64,000 nucleotides of DNA from an uncultured Candidatus Saccharibacteria bacterium. Lineage in GTDB: Bacteria > Patescibacteriota > Minisyncoccia > Phycocordibacterales > UBA918. Position numbers and translations under genes: made by a program. The stretch covers positions 326,648-390,647 of the forward strand of contig CAYGJY010000001.1 of assembly GCA_964350645.1 (NCBI GenBank), written 5' to 3'. A model generated the notes under the pieces. That model did not search any database and was not told where the DNA came from. It was given only the letters and a program-made list of their open reading frames with translations. Shown here one piece after another: positions 18,395 through 31,666 of the stretch (position 1 is its first letter; every line of letters starts with the position of its first letter).

Positions 18395-18927
18395 ACAACT
18401 TCGTTTTTAGTCTTGATGATATAGATGTAAAGTACAATCAAGAAAGCGAACATAATCGCCGACAAAAGTGGGAATGTCAGAAAGCCAAATTCAAACAGAA
18501 TTCGCTTGGCACAGTCTGCTCCCTCGCCAGCAGTTGGACACGCTACGAGCTCTGCTCCACCCATTTGCAGGTAGTGCTGATAGAGTGCAACAATAATTCC
18601 TGGTATAGACAGAACTATGCCATACACTGCAACAGTTTTATCTTTAATCCACAGCGCTGTACCAGTCATGAAGATCTGTGGATACATAAAAACTCGTTGT
18701 AGCCAGCAGAGACCACACGGCACAAAGCCAAACACTTCAGAATAGAGTAGTGTCATAGCACCGGCGCCAACCGTAATTATAAAGGCAATCAACAGACCCC
18801 ATTGCCGGACAAGCTGTGCTAGTGATCGAGTAGTTTTGAGGTCAACCACTAAAAAAACTGTTGTAAGCAGTAGGACGACACCACCAAGAGCTAACAAGAA
18901 GTTTAAAAATTCAATCGTTTCGTTCAT
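18391..18927 (-). CDS. Disulfide bond formation protein B-like (DsbB/BdbC family)
   Basis: A four-helix membrane protein with a CxxC pair in the first loop (PCGLCWLQRV) and a second Cys pair (ACPTAGEGADC), matching DsbB/BdbC topology. Confidence 0.65.
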   Translation of the reverse strand: MNETIEFLNFLLALGGVVLLLTTVFLVVDLKTTRSLAQLVRQWGLLIAFIITVGAGAMTLLYSEVFGFVPCGLCWLQRVFMYPQIFMTGTALWIKDKTVAVYGIVLSIPGIIVALYQHYLQMGGAELVACPTAGEGADCAKRILFEFGFLTFPLLSAIMFAFLIVLYIYIIKTKNEVV

Positions 18928-18935
18928 AGCCGAAG

Positions 18936-19331
18936 TTAAACTGCAGGTTCGTCTTCTTTAAATTCACAACTAGTGATTTCAGCTAGACGCTCAAATGTTT
19001 GTGTACCAGTAATGCGTTCACCATCAGCCAGTACCCATGTTGGGTAGCTTTTGATTTCAGCATCAATACAAGCTTGTGTTTGATTTTGTCGGTCAGGTGT
19101 TGAACATTCTACATACGGAAGAAACTGTTGCGATGCACCAAACATATTTCGTTGGTCTTCACAGTGAGGACACCAAAAAGCACCATAGAAAGTAGCGCCA
19201 CTTTCTTGGATGCACTGAGCAAACTGATCATATTTACCCGGCTGTGCCTCATTCCAATAACGACCTCCCACAAGACCTCCAATAGCAATAACAATAAAAA
19301 AAATATAGTAGTGATAAGATTTTAATTTCAT
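18936..19331 (-). CDS. Thioredoxin-fold thiol-disulfide oxidoreductase (CPHC; VKOR/DsbB-partner-like)
   Basis: An N-terminal transmembrane anchor, then GATFYGAFWCPHCEDQRNMFG, which resembles the Trx-like domain fused to bacterial VKORs. It is adjacent to, and in the same orientation as, the DsbB-like gene. Confidence 0.6.
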   Translation of the reverse strand: MKLKSYHYYIFFIVIAIGGLVGGRYWNEAQPGKYDQFAQCIQESGATFYGAFWCPHCEDQRNMFGASQQFLPYVECSTPDRQNQTQACIDAEIKSYPTWVLADGERITGTQTFERLAEITSCEFKEDEPAV

Positions 19332-19390
19332 ACAATCAGTTTAAATTAGCATTATGCATTATACACGAATGAAAAAGAGGTGCAGACGCT

Positions 19391-20491
19391 CTAGCTGTGC
19401 ATGAATTCAATCACATCTCCGTCTTTCACAATATACTCCTTCCCTTCAGTACGAAGCTTACCAGCCTCACGGGCTTTAGCCATCGAGCCAGTTGCAACGA
19501 GGTCTTCAAACGTAACAACCTGCGCACGAATGTATTTGTCTTTAAAATCTGTGTGAATAGCGGCACCAGCTTCCGGACCAGTACTGCCGATTGGTACTGT
19601 CCAAGCACGAGTCTCCTTAGGTCCCGTGGTGAAATAGCTCATCAGGCCAAGTTTGCGATACGCTGCCTTAATCAATGAAGCGACGCCATTGTCTTGACTG
19701 CCATATTCACGGCGGAATTCATTTTTTTCGTCTTCTTCAAGATCTTTAAGTTCATGCTCAACACCAGCATCCACAACCACGTACTCCGCTCCGGTGGTCT
19801 CAAAGAAGTGCAGCAACTCAGTCCAGCGTTCATCATTATTCTCATCGAGATTATATGAACTATTCTTTTTGTTACAAATGTATAGAAAGGGTTTCAAGGT
19901 CAGTAGATGTAGGTTTTTGACCAAGGGGAGCTCTTCTTTTGTGAATGCAAAGCTATTTGCTAGGTTGCCATGCTCTAGATGCGGTAGCAGGCGTTTGAGT
20001 ACGTCGTTCAGGGCTACAGCAGCCTTGTCACCGCGTTTGGCGTCGCGCTCGAGGTTGTTAAGCCGTTTACTAACAGTTTCTGCATCTGCCATGATCAACT
20101 CAAGATTGATCACTTCAATATCACTCATTGGATCAACTGCTCCAGCAACATGATGAATATCTTCATCTTCAAAGATACGTACTACTTCACCGATCATATC
20201 GCACTCACGGATATTAGCGAGAAACTTATTGCCCAACCCTTCACCAGTTGATGCACCTTTAACTAGCCCAGCAATGTCAACGAATTCGACAACTGCCGGC
20301 AAAGCTTTTTCACTACCAGAAACCTTACTCAAAGTATCGAGACGATGATCGGGCACAGCAACTACCCCGACAGTGGGGTCAATGGTTGCAAAGGGGTAAT
20401 TGGCAATGAGAACTTCATTTCTGGTGAGTGCGGTAAATAGCGTTGATTTACCAACGTTAGGGAGACCGACGATTCCGACAGATAGTGACAT
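19391..20491 (-). CDS. ychF: Ribosome-binding ATPase YchF (Obg-family GTPase)
   Basis: A G1 loop [14 protein letters not shown], a 366-aa length and a C-terminal TGS domain pattern. Confidence 0.9.
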   Translation of the reverse strand: MSLSVGIVGLPNVGKSTLFTALTRNEVLIANYPFATIDPTVGVVAVPDHRLDTLSKVSGSEKALPAVVEFVDIAGLVKGASTGEGLGNKFLANIRECDMIGEVVRIFEDEDIHHVAGAVDPMSDIEVINLELIMADAETVSKRLNNLERDAKRGDKAAVALNDVLKRLLPHLEHGNLANSFAFTKEELPLVKNLHLLTLKPFLYICNKKNSSYNLDENNDERWTELLHFFETTGAEYVVVDAGVEHELKDLEEDEKNEFRREYGSQDNGVASLIKAAYRKLGLMSYFTTGPKETRAWTVPIGSTGPEAGAAIHTDFKDKYIRAQVVTFEDLVATGSMAKAREAGKLRTEGKEYIVKDGDVIEFMHS

Positions 20492-20527
20492 GCGTGGTAC
20501 TCTAGCAAAAAGCTAGTGCTTTTACTA

Positions 20528-21106
20528 CTAGCAAGCTTTTTTACCTAGCTTTTCAATTTCTTTCATCCACTTTTCTTTACACACCTCACCAACTTTTTCA
20601 CAGGGTCCATAAGCTGATACTTTAGTTTTGATACCAGCAAAATCAAGAATCCCGTATTGGATTTCATTGGTAAAGTCACCAAACTTCCACCAAGTTTTAA
20701 AGGGCGAATGAGTTCCAGAGATAATGATGACTCGGCCAGTTTTTCCTTTGAGATGTTGCTCTAGTCGCTTAGTTTCTTTATTGAAGTTAAAAGCAAAGCC
20801 TGGAATCCAAAAACGATCAAAAAGTCCTTTAAGAAGAGCCGGCATCGTCGTCCACCAGTTTGGGTACACAATCACTAAGTGGTCACACCAACGGATGTCA
20901 TCTTGTAGTGCGAGCAAATCAGGTTCGAGAGCTTGAATTTCTTTGTAACCACGATGTAAAATCGGGTCAAACTGTAAATCGCCTAGATTGCAACGACGAA
21001 CTTCGTGCCCCGCTTCTTCGGCACCAGCTTGATAGCGGTCTGCGACTGCACCACTAAATGTTTCGGCATCTGGATTCGCCATCAGGACGACTATTTTCTT
21101 TGACAT
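20528..21106 (-). CDS. Flavodoxin-like fold NAD(P)H dehydrogenase (quinone) family protein
   Basis: KIVVLMANPDAETFSGAVADRYQ...HLVIVYPNWWTTMPALLKGLFDRF is typical of the NQO1/MdaB/Flavodoxin_2 family. The ORF-track start at 21151 overlaps a GC hairpin, so the ATG at 21104-21106 (MSKKIVV) is preferred. Confidence 0.65.
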   Translation of the reverse strand: MSKKIVVLMANPDAETFSGAVADRYQAGAEEAGHEVRRCNLGDLQFDPILHRGYKEIQALEPDLLALQDDIRWCDHLVIVYPNWWTTMPALLKGLFDRFWIPGFAFNFNKETKRLEQHLKGKTGRVIIISGTHSPFKTWWKFGDFTNEIQYGILDFAGIKTKVSAYGPCEKVGEVCKEKWMKEIEKLGKKAC

Positions 21107-21128
21107 AATGCCAGTAGTATACGACAAA

Positions 21129-21149
21129 GGGCGCGCCGAAGGCGCGCCC
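21129..21149. terminator. Perfect 9-bp GC hairpin with GAA loop (putative terminator of the 21170..21484 gene)
   Basis: GGGCGCGCC-gaa-GGCGCGCCC. Confidence 0.45.
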
Positions 21150-21169
21150 ACCTGTTAGTAACTAAATGA

Positions 21170-21484
21170 TTAGCGACGAATACTACCGTTCGGATTAAAC
21201 TTTCCTTGAGAGCCCATCTGTTGCTGAATCAACTGCTGCTTCATGTCTTCAGGCATCACAGCGAGAAGTTCTTTTTGATATTTCGGCAGCACTTTCATTG
21301 CAGCAGCCATTTGATTATTGCCATTTGCTTTCATCTCTGCCTGCATTTCCTTGGCAATTTTTTCCAATAATTCTGGGTTACTTTCCATCAAGCCCATTAC
21401 CATTGCTCGCTGTTCTGGGGGTGCATCTTTTAGTTGTCTCTCCAATAGCTTTTTTAAAGCATAATTTTTTACTTTTCCAAACAT
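21170..21484 (-). CDS. Hypothetical small protein
   Basis: A 104-aa helical, charged protein with no motif. Confidence 0.35.
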   Translation of the reverse strand: MFGKVKNYALKKLLERQLKDAPPEQRAMVMGLMESNPELLEKIAKEMQAEMKANGNNQMAAAMKVLPKYQKELLAVMPEDMKQQLIQQQMGSQGKFNPNGSIRR

Positions 21485-21592
21485 AGACTAATATTGTAGC
21501 AGGCTAAGAACATTGGGTAAACGCATAGGTGCAACTATTGACAAATCAGTTAAATATAGTACTTTTGTCACAAATCTAACAAATATATCTGT

Positions 21593-23176
21593 ATGAATAT
21601 TCCTGGAATTCAGAAGCTTTTTAACTGGTACGGTAAAAAAACTGTCGTCGTAGTTTTAATCGGCATTATCGCACTAATAGTTCTTGCAGTTGTGCTGAAA
21701 AAAGCTGACCAAACAGAGCCAGAAGTAACCGCAACTTCAGTACCGACTGTTGAAACAGCCTCGGTTGGCACTTTGTCAGGATCTGTTAATTGGACTGTAA
21801 TTGGACAAGTTGAAGCTGTAAGTCGAGCTGAAGTTAAAAGTGAAACTAGTGGTCGCATCATCTCAGTCTCAGCAAAATTAGGTGACACTCTCCCAGCGGG
21901 AGCTATTATAGCCCAAATTGAAAATGCTTCAGAGCGTGCTGCTGTACTACAAGCTGAAGGTGCATACGAGGCTGCTCAAGCAGCAGCAAGTCAGAGTGAT
22001 CTTGGTACTGGTCAAGCAATCACCAACCTAGAAACTGCTAAAAATAACCTTCAGGCAGCCCAGAATGCAATTCTCAATCTAAATCGAACTGCTTATACAA
22101 CAAACAATCAAATCCTCCTAGAATCAATTGATAATTTCTTTACCAATCCGATTAGATTAGAAGCCAGACTTAATATTGACGGACGTACAAAAACGGATCA
22201 ACTTATCAATGAGCGGACCGCTTTTAGAATGATGTTTCCATCATGGCAAACTGCTACAACTGATACTATTGCAGACCCCCGCTCAACACTTAATTTAGTT
22301 GAAGCAAACACTAAAAGAGTCCTCACGATGGTCGATATTTTTATTGAACTCCTTCCCCGAGCCGACGAAAACTTTTACTTTACCACTGCAGAACTGGCAG
22401 CGGAGCTAGACAACTTTAACGCAATTCGTTCCCAACTCGTTGGAATCATCGCTGCTGTTGAACAGAACCGTACTGCTTTAAACAACGCTGAAAAAGTAGT
22501 CGAAAACGCTTCTACAGCTCTACAACAAGCAGAAATCGGTGGCACTGGTAGTGAAGTCTCTACTGCCAACGCTCAAGTAAAACAAGCACTTGGTTCACTA
22601 CGCAGTGCCCAGGCAAATCTAGCCAAGACAATCATCCGGACACCGATTGCTGGCGAAGTTAATAGTATTGACATCAATATTGGAGATTTTGTTGCTCCAC
22701 AAAGTATCATCGCCGAAGTAGCAAACAACAAGGCCCTTGAAATTACTGCTTTTGTTGGAGAAGCTGATCGCAATCAAATCACTGAGGGTCAGATTGTTAT
22801 GATTGATGGCCAGTACGAAGGAGTAGTAACAACGATCGCTAGTGCTATCAACCAAAATACAAAAAAATACGAAGTTAAAGTTGCCACAGAAAATGACACA
22901 CTTGCAAATGGTGCTACGGTTACAATTGAGAGCACCACTGAAGTAAACACTGCGTCTACTGAACTCTATATTCCTATAACTGCAGTGAAGTTCACTGACA
23001 CGAATGGTTCTGTGTATTTTGTCGAAGACAGTATATTAGTCGCGCGGCCAGTTACTATTGGACGAATTTCTGGTTCATCAGTTGAGATCACGGACGGCAT
23101 CACTAGTTCTGACATGATTGTAATCGACGCTCGTGGATTGGTCGTTGGCCAACAAGTTGAAGTAACAAACGGCTAG
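21593..23176 (+). CDS. Efflux RND transporter periplasmic adaptor subunit (HlyD/MFP family)
   Basis: An N-terminal transmembrane anchor, a long coiled-coil hairpin region, and the beta-barrel motif IIRTPIAGEVNSIDINIGDFVAPQSIIAEV. It is immediately followed by the RND permease. Confidence 0.8.
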   Translation: MNIPGIQKLFNWYGKKTVVVVLIGIIALIVLAVVLKKADQTEPEVTATSVPTVETASVGTLSGSVNWTVIGQVEAVSRAEVKSETSGRIISVSAKLGDTLPAGAIIAQIENASERAAVLQAEGAYEAAQAAASQSDLGTGQAITNLETAKNNLQAAQNAILNLNRTAYTTNNQILLESIDNFFTNPIRLEARLNIDGRTKTDQLINERTAFRMMFPSWQTATTDTIADPRSTLNLVEANTKRVLTMVDIFIELLPRADENFYFTTAELAAELDNFNAIRSQLVGIIAAVEQNRTALNNAEKVVENASTALQQAEIGGTGSEVSTANAQVKQALGSLRSAQANLAKTIIRTPIAGEVNSIDINIGDFVAPQSIIAEVANNKALEITAFVGEADRNQITEGQIVMIDGQYEGVVTTIASAINQNTKKYEVKVATENDTLANGATVTIESTTEVNTASTELYIPITAVKFTDTNGSVYFVEDSILVARPVTIGRISGSSVEITDGITSSDMIVIDARGLVVGQQVEVTNG

Positions 23177-23179
23177 TAT

Positions 23180-26100
23180 ATGTGGGAATTTTTCATTAAA
23201 AACAACAAGTTTGCATACTTGTTCTTGGCTGCATTAATTGGCGTTGGGTTATACAGCCTGATCGCGATACCAAAAGAGTCAGCACCTGAAGTTATAGTTC
23301 CAGTTGGAATTATTAGTACAGTTTTGCCTGGTGCACCTGCGGCTGATGTTGAATCACTAGTTACAAATGAAATTGAGCGTGGTCTTTCTTCAGTAGAAAA
23401 TGTGAAGAAAATTACTTCTACCTCTCGTGAAAGTGTCTCAGTTATTACTGTCGAATTCGACGCTAGCGCCAACATAGATGATTCAATCCAAGATCTGAAA
23501 GATCAGGTCGATATCATCAAGACTGACCTGCCAACCGATGCCGAGGATCCGTCTGTGTCAGAAGTAAATTTTGTTGACCAACCTATCATCACATTTGCAC
23601 TGGCTGCTGATCTTACACCTCAAGAATTTACTCGTTTGGCTGATTCTGTTGAAGAAGAAATTGAAGTTCTAGCAGGTGTGTCGAGAGTAGAGAAAAGTGG
23701 CGTGCGTAATCGTGAAGTGACGATCATCGTAGACCAGTCAAAGCTGTTTCTTTTCGATATATCACTCACAGATATTACGAATGCCATTCGCAATGCAAAC
23801 GTCACCTTCCCTATTGGTCAAATCGAAAATAATGGCGTCTCATATAATGTTGCCTTTGAAGGTGACATAGAAGATCCAAATCAAATCGCAAACATTAGTA
23901 TTACCACTCGCGGTGGTCAATCTGTGTACGTCCGCGACATCGCAACAGTGATTGATGGCTTATCCCCTGCAAACTCTATCTCACGGTTAAGTGTTGAGGG
24001 TGCTCCATCTAAATCGTCAATTTCTTTTGATGTGTATAAGCAAACCGGTGGAGACATTACAGCAATTGCGCGTAATATCAATAGCCGACTCGCTGAACTG
24101 CAAACCTCCGGAGAAATCCTTGAGAGCATTACCAGTGTAACTGTTCTCGATGCTGGAAAAGATATTGAAAACGACTTGATTCGTCTTTCTAGTTCTGGTG
24201 TCCAAACTGTAATTCTCGTAGTTTTACTCTTGGTCCTTGCCTTAGGCTGGCGTGAAGGTCTCCTTGCAGGAGCGGCAATTCCTCTATCGTTTTTGTTTGG
24301 TTTTATTGGATTGTATTTATCAGGAAATACAATTAACTTCCTTAGTCTCTTTTCATTAATTCTTGGTATTGGTATTTTGGTCGACTCGGCGATTGTGATG
24401 GTTGAAGGTATCAACCGACGAATGAAAGATGATCCTACCATCGACAAACGAGCAGCCGCTTACGCCGCTATCTCAGAATTCAAAGCGCCGCTTATATCAG
24501 GAACACTAACAACAGTTTCGATGTTTGTGGGTCTATTTATTGTTTCTGGTGTTATTGGTCAATTTATTGCCAGTATTCCATTTACGTTAATTTTTTTACT
24601 GTTCGCTTCAATGTTTGTTGCCCTAGCAATCATTCCGCTGCTTGCTGCTGACGTGATGCGACGACGCAGCACAACAAAATTTGAACAACGTCAGGTTGCA
24701 TACGCACGACGACTTGAAGACTGGTACCAATCAAAGCTCGCTTTTCTGTTGGATGACTTGGGACGACAAAATACCTTCCTGGCTGCCATAATTACTCTCC
24801 TTGTATTCTCACTGCTGCTACCGGTCAATCTAATTGCCGGCTGTGTCGCAGCACCGTTTATCTACTTTTTGAGTAAGCGAATCCTACGCATTAATGTACG
24901 TCGTTTTCGCGAAGGAGCGAAAGTTATCTTGTTATTACTTGTGACAATGATTATTTCAGTAATCACTGTCATTGGAACACAGTTTCTGGCCCCAACTATC
25001 AGCTTAGTAAAAGTAGTGTTCTTTGAGCAAGGTGATGTTGAGTTCATTATTATAGAGGTTGAAAATCCTGAAGGCACAACAAAGGAAGTGACCGATATTG
25101 CTGTGCGTCGCGTTGAAGAACTCTTATACCAACGAGATGATATCGAATCATACACAGCTACAGTGGGTAGCGGAAGTCAGTTCGGCGCCGGAGGTAGCGG
25201 TGAAAAACTTGCCAATATTTTTATTTCTCTAGATGAAGACCGAACTGAAACTAGTACTGAGATCGTAGAAGAACTGCGTAGTGAACTAGCTGTTATTCGA
25301 GATGTTAAAGTCACTGTCAATCAACCAAGCGACGGACCACCAACAGGAGCAGCCTTAATAATTAAATTTCTTGGTGATGATCTAACCGAAATCACTCAGT
25401 TTGCCAACGAAACCGCTGAGCTAATTCGTAGTATCGACAATACGACAAACATCGAAACCAGTACTAACAGTAATAATACAGAGTTTGTATTAGAACTTGA
25501 CCGCAACAAAACTGCTGCCCTTGGCCTCAACCCCTTCACTGTATCCCAGATAGCTCGAACAGCTGTTTTTGGTACTGATGCTACCTCACTCACTACACTT
25601 GATGAAGATATTGATGTCGTAGTAAAACTCGACATTGACCAAAGTGGAACACGCGATCCTGAAGCAACTAATATCACTACCATTGATGATCTTACCCGCA
25701 TCAACCTGCCGACCATCAATGGACTGGTTCCTCTTTCAGAATTAGTGACTGTGAGTTTACGAGAATCAAGTTCCGTTATTAACCACGAAGATAAAAAGCG
25801 AGTTGTCAGTGTAACAGCTGATGTAACCGCAGAAGGCAATGCTCGCGAAATTCAAGCAGAGATTCTTCGACGAGTAGAAACTGAACTCGGCGTACCTGCA
25901 GGAGTTGAAATTAGTACTGGTGGTGGTGAAACTGATGAGTCAAATCAAGCCTTCGTCGAAATGTTTTTAGCTCTCGTGGTCGGTATTGGTTTAATGGTAG
26001 GAATCCTCACATTGCAGTTCAACTCATATCGAGCGATGGCCTATGTACTTTCAATTCTGCCGTTCTCACTCATCGGAATTATGTTTGGTCTTGCAATCAC

Positions 26101-26443
26101 CCAAAATCCACTTTCCTTCCCTTCTATCATGGGCTTTATCGCACTCTCTGGAATTGTCGTCAACAACTCTATTCTCTTGATTGATATGATGAACACAATT
26201 CGAAAGAATCAGCCAGAAAAATCATTGCGTACTGTCGTGCTTGAAACAGCTGGTAACCGATTGCGACCAATTCTGCTGACTACAATTACAACTGTGATAG
26301 GTATGGTGCCCCTCACCTACGCAGGTGATCTTTGGTCACCTCTTGCTTACGCTGTTATGTTTGGTCTTGTCTTTTCAGTGGTGATTACGCTCGTTCTCAT
26401 TCCAATCATTTACTTCCGAAAGCCAAGTAAATTAGCCGAGTAA
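23180..26443 (+). CDS. Efflux RND transporter permease subunit (AcrB/AcrD/AcrF family)
   Basis: A 1087-aa protein with 12 predicted transmembrane helices in a 1+5 / 1+5 arrangement and two large periplasmic loops. Conserved RND transmembrane segments are present (e.g. GIVVNNSILLIDMM). Confidence 0.9.
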   Translation: MWEFFIKNNKFAYLFLAALIGVGLYSLIAIPKESAPEVIVPVGIISTVLPGAPAADVESLVTNEIERGLSSVENVKKITSTSRESVSVITVEFDASANIDDSIQDLKDQVDIIKTDLPTDAEDPSVSEVNFVDQPIITFALAADLTPQEFTRLADSVEEEIEVLAGVSRVEKSGVRNREVTIIVDQSKLFLFDISLTDITNAIRNANVTFPIGQIENNGVSYNVAFEGDIEDPNQIANISITTRGGQSVYVRDIATVIDGLSPANSISRLSVEGAPSKSSISFDVYKQTGGDITAIARNINSRLAELQTSGEILESITSVTVLDAGKDIENDLIRLSSSGVQTVILVVLLLVLALGWREGLLAGAAIPLSFLFGFIGLYLSGNTINFLSLFSLILGIGILVDSAIVMVEGINRRMKDDPTIDKRAAAYAAISEFKAPLISGTLTTVSMFVGLFIVSGVIGQFIASIPFTLIFLLFASMFVALAIIPLLAADVMRRRSTTKFEQRQVAYARRLEDWYQSKLAFLLDDLGRQNTFLAAIITLLVFSLLLPVNLIAGCVAAPFIYFLSKRILRINVRRFREGAKVILLLLVTMIISVITVIGTQFLAPTISLVKVVFFEQGDVEFIIIEVENPEGTTKEVTDIAVRRVEELLYQRDDIESYTATVGSGSQFGAGGSGEKLANIFISLDEDRTETSTEIVEELRSELAVIRDVKVTVNQPSDGPPTGAALIIKFLGDDLTEITQFANETAELIRSIDNTTNIETSTNSNNTEFVLELDRNKTAALGLNPFTVSQIARTAVFGTDATSLTTLDEDIDVVVKLDIDQSGTRDPEATNITTIDDLTRINLPTINGLVPLSELVTVSLRESSSVINHEDKKRVVSVTADVTAEGNAREIQAEILRRVETELGVPAGVEISTGGGETDESNQAFVEMFLALVVGIGLMVGILTLQFNSYRAMAYVLSILPFSLIGIMFGLAITQNPLSFPSIMGFIALSGIVVNNSILLIDMMNTIRKNQPEKSLRTVVLETAGNRLRPILLTTITTVIGMVPLTYAGDLWSPLAYAVMFGLVFSVVITLVLIPIIYFRKPSKLAE

Positions 26444-26446
26444 AGA

Positions 26447-26959
26447 TTATTTCTGAGCGTTCTTTTTACTTAGCTGTACAAGAGCATATACAAGCAGTGT
26501 CACTATCGCAGAAAATCCAACATACCAAACAAGCAGAAATAGAAATTTAGTCTCCACAACGAAAGCTGAAGGCAATGCCACTAAAACTCCCATTGAATAC
26601 CAGGCAGAGGCTTGAATCCCAGGGCCAATTGAACTTGGCATAAGATGTTTTGTCATTAAAACTGCATTTCCAAACAGAACTGCAATCAATACCCAAAAGA
26701 GAGAGCTATAACCAGTGAGGTATGCATCACCAATCACTGAATATGACACGTAGGCCAGGATAGTGGTCGTCGCGAGAATCAAAACCATCGCTACGCGTAA
26801 AAGTGTATACAACACACCCATAATGCGTCGCTCACCTTCACCAATCGTGCCATCTTTGATAGCTACAAAAAAACTCACAATCGCTGCTGTTGAACAACCA
26901 ACTCCAAGTGAGATAGCGACTGACTGCAACACTGAAAACAAAACAAATATTAGATCCAT
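26447..26959 (-). CDS. Hypothetical integral membrane protein
   Basis: A 170-aa protein with about five transmembrane helices, convergent with the RND permease. No motif. Confidence 0.4.
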   Translation of the reverse strand: MDLIFVLFSVLQSVAISLGVGCSTAAIVSFFVAIKDGTIGEGERRIMGVLYTLLRVAMVLILATTTILAYVSYSVIGDAYLTGYSSLFWVLIAVLFGNAVLMTKHLMPSSIGPGIQASAWYSMGVLVALPSAFVVETKFLFLLVWYVGFSAIVTLLVYALVQLSKKNAQK

Positions 26960-26975
26960 ATGTAAGTACTATAGC

Positions 26976-27004
26976 AAACAGCGGCGCCAAAGGCGCCGCT
27001 GTTT
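26976..27004 (-). terminator. 13-bp perfect hairpin with AAA loop downstream of atpC (putative atp operon terminator)
   Basis: AAACAGCGGCGCC-aaa-GGCGCCGCTGTTT lies about 20 nt after the atpC stop on the minus strand. Confidence 0.5.
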
Positions 27005-27023
27005 GTGTATATGTACTTCCTTG

Positions 27024-27274
27024 TTAAATCAAAACCGTGGCGTGATTGTGGCTGATCTCCAACGTGCCAGATTCAATTTCGTGAGTTTCAGTTTCTCCGC
27101 CGACTTTTTTGATTGTAATCTTCCCTTTTTTCAGTGGTGAAATAAGCGCTGTGTGATTAGCCAGGATCTCCATTTCACCATCAGTGCCAGGTAAGACTAC
27201 TGAAAGTACCTCACCCTCAAATACCGGAGCGTCAACTTTTGAAACGGTGAGTTGTAGTAATTTTTGTTCAGACA

Positions 27275-27275
<1 letters not shown>
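27024..27275 (-). CDS. atpC: F1Fo ATP synthase subunit epsilon (short form)
   Basis: An 83-aa protein made only of the beta-sandwich N-domain (VVLPGTDGEMEILANHTALIS). It is the last gene of the atp operon and overlaps the atpD stop. Confidence 0.8.
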
Positions 27276-29667
<2,392 letters not shown>

Positions 29668-29675
29668 GGTGTGAA

Positions 29676-31247
29676 TTATTCAGTTACTGCGTAAAGGTTG
29701 CTGTTTGCTTCCTTAAAATTCTTCATAGCTGTATTGATTTTCTCTACCACTTCGTCAGTCAGTTCTCGGCCTGATTCGAGGGTGGTGAGAATATCTTTTT
29801 GATCACGTTCAATAAAGTCCAGAAGAGCAGCCTCAATCTTGCGAGTGTTTTCCACTGGCGCACCGTCGAAGATACCGTTGTTGGCAGCGTAGATAGCCAC
29901 CACTTGTTTGTAGAACGGTACCGGCGCGTTCTGTGGCTGCTTAAGCATTTCCACATACTTGCGACCAGATTCGATCCGGGCCTTAGTGTCATCATCGAGG
30001 TCTGAAGCGAACTGCATAAAGGCTTCTAACTCACGGAATTGAGCCAGTTCAAGTCGAATTTTTCCAGCCACTTTCTTCATCGCCTTTGTTTGAGCTGAAG
30101 ATCCTACCCGAGATACTGAAATACCAACGTCGAGAGCTGGTCGAATTCCCTTGTTGAAGAGGTCGGTATCAAGGAAGATCTGACCGTCAGTGATCGAGAT
30201 CACGTTAGTTGGGATGTACGCAGACACGTCTCCTTCTTGGGTTTCAATGATTGGCAGCGCAGTGATTGATCCGCCACCAAGCTCAGCTGATAGCTTAGCT
30301 GATCGCTCAAGGAGTCGTGAGTGTAGATAGAAAATATCTCCTGGGTACGCTTCACGTCCTGGTGGTCGTCTAAGAAGTAGCGACATTTGTCGGTAAGCGT
30401 TCGCATGCTTTGAGAGGTCGTCGAGAATGATCAAGACATCCTTACCTTGTTGCATGAAGTATTCTCCAATCGCCATTCCAGCAAATGGTGCCAAGAAAAG
30501 CATCGGTGACGCTTCAGAGGCTGAGGTTGCCACGATAGTCGTGTACTCCATTGCGCCAGCTTCTTCAAGCTTAGCCATAATACTTACGGTCTTTGAACGT
30601 TTTTGCCCAACTGCCACATAAATACAGATTGGTCGTTTATCTTTTGGTTCGTATTTTTGGTTGATGATGGTGTCGACAGCGATAGTTGTCTTACCAGTCT
30701 GACGGTCACCAATGATCAATTCACGTTGCCCACGTCCGATCGGGATCATTGAGTCGATTGCCTTAATACCAGTGTGAATTGGTTCGTTTACCGAAGAACG
30801 ATCCATCACGCCGTACGCCACTCGCTCAATCGGCATATCTTTATCAGTGTCGATTGCACCATTGCCATCGATTGGTTCACCGAGAGCATTCACTACTCGG
30901 CCAACGATTGATTCACCAACTGGAATTGAGAGTAGTTTGTTAGTACGCATCACCCGCATACCTTCTTTTACTCGGTTTGATTCACCAAGCACCACCACTT
31001 TTACAGTATCCTCTTCGAGGTTCAAAATAAGACCGTAGAGAGCATCCTCGTTTTTGAGGGCCTCTTCAAGTGACTTACCATCACTGTCGTCAAAGATGAT
31101 CATCTCCATCATCTGGGCAGTTTTAAGGCCGTCGATTTCAGCGATACCGTCACCAACAGTGGTAACGACGCCGACCTCTTCGGGCATGCTTGCCGTGTCG
31201 AGACCAGCGATTTCTTTTTTGATCTTGTCGATTATTACAGTGCTCAT
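29676..31247 (-). CDS. atpA: F1Fo ATP synthase subunit alpha
   Basis: The Walker A motif [19 protein letters not shown] and a 523-aa length. Confidence 0.95.
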   Translation of the reverse strand: MSTVIIDKIKKEIAGLDTASMPEEVGVVTTVGDGIAEIDGLKTAQMMEMIIFDDSDGKSLEEALKNEDALYGLILNLEEDTVKVVVLGESNRVKEGMRVMRTNKLLSIPVGESIVGRVVNALGEPIDGNGAIDTDKDMPIERVAYGVMDRSSVNEPIHTGIKAIDSMIPIGRGQRELIIGDRQTGKTTIAVDTIINQKYEPKDKRPICIYVAVGQKRSKTVSIMAKLEEAGAMEYTTIVATSASEASPMLFLAPFAGMAIGEYFMQQGKDVLIILDDLSKHANAYRQMSLLLRRPPGREAYPGDIFYLHSRLLERSAKLSAELGGGSITALPIIETQEGDVSAYIPTNVISITDGQIFLDTDLFNKGIRPALDVGISVSRVGSSAQTKAMKKVAGKIRLELAQFRELEAFMQFASDLDDDTKARIESGRKYVEMLKQPQNAPVPFYKQVVAIYAANNGIFDGAPVENTRKIEAALLDFIERDQKDILTTLESGRELTDEVVEKINTAMKNFKEANSNLYAVTE

Positions 31248-31283
31248 AGATTTAATAATTTAATTGTAAGTGGTGGTGAATAA

Positions 31284-31664
31284 TTAGGCAGTTAGTGAAC
31301 GATAGAGTTTTACTAACTTCGATTTGTAACTGTGGTCGAGACGTCGGTTGTTTGCCTCGACGACAAAGCCACCGACAAGTGTCTCATCTACAGTAACAGT
31401 TGGTTCTGACTGCGCATCTAGCTCTGCTAAAGCAGTAGCAATAGCCGCAGCGTACTTGTTTTTGTCAGCTTCTGAAGCAACAAATGCCTCAGCGCCAGTT
31501 AGGTCTTTTGCGGACATGATTCGAACCACACCATGTAACACTGAGCCCAAAAGTGCCTGGTGCCCATGGGCAGTTAAGGTCGTTTTTAAGCCAGCGATAA
31601 CCATCTCTGGCTCATTGCCAGCTTCAATCATTGCAATCACTGCTTGTGTGTAGTTTTCTTTCAT
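31284..31664 (-). CDS. atpH: F1Fo ATP synthase subunit delta (OSCP; short form)
   Basis: A 126-aa protein between atpF and atpA. The call rests on position and helical character. Confidence 0.6.
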   Translation of the reverse strand: MKENYTQAVIAMIEAGNEPEMVIAGLKTTLTAHGHQALLGSVLHGVVRIMSAKDLTGAEAFVASEADKNKYAAAIATALAELDAQSEPTVTVDETLVGGFVVEANNRRLDHSYKSKLVKLYRSLTA

Positions 31665-31666
31665 GA

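Noticed and set aside
21485-21592. Sigma-70 promoter hexamers (TTGACA at about 21538) in the divergent gap before the RND operon
   Set aside because: The TTGACA has no well-spaced -10 partner (the best TATAGT is only 11 nt away). Alternative pairings are weak, so no specific promoter coordinates are reported.
22375-25839. Minus-strand ORFs antisense to the MFP and RND permease genes
   Set aside because: They are embedded in confidently called efflux genes. Their products are Ser/Thr/Arg-rich low-complexity with no motifs.
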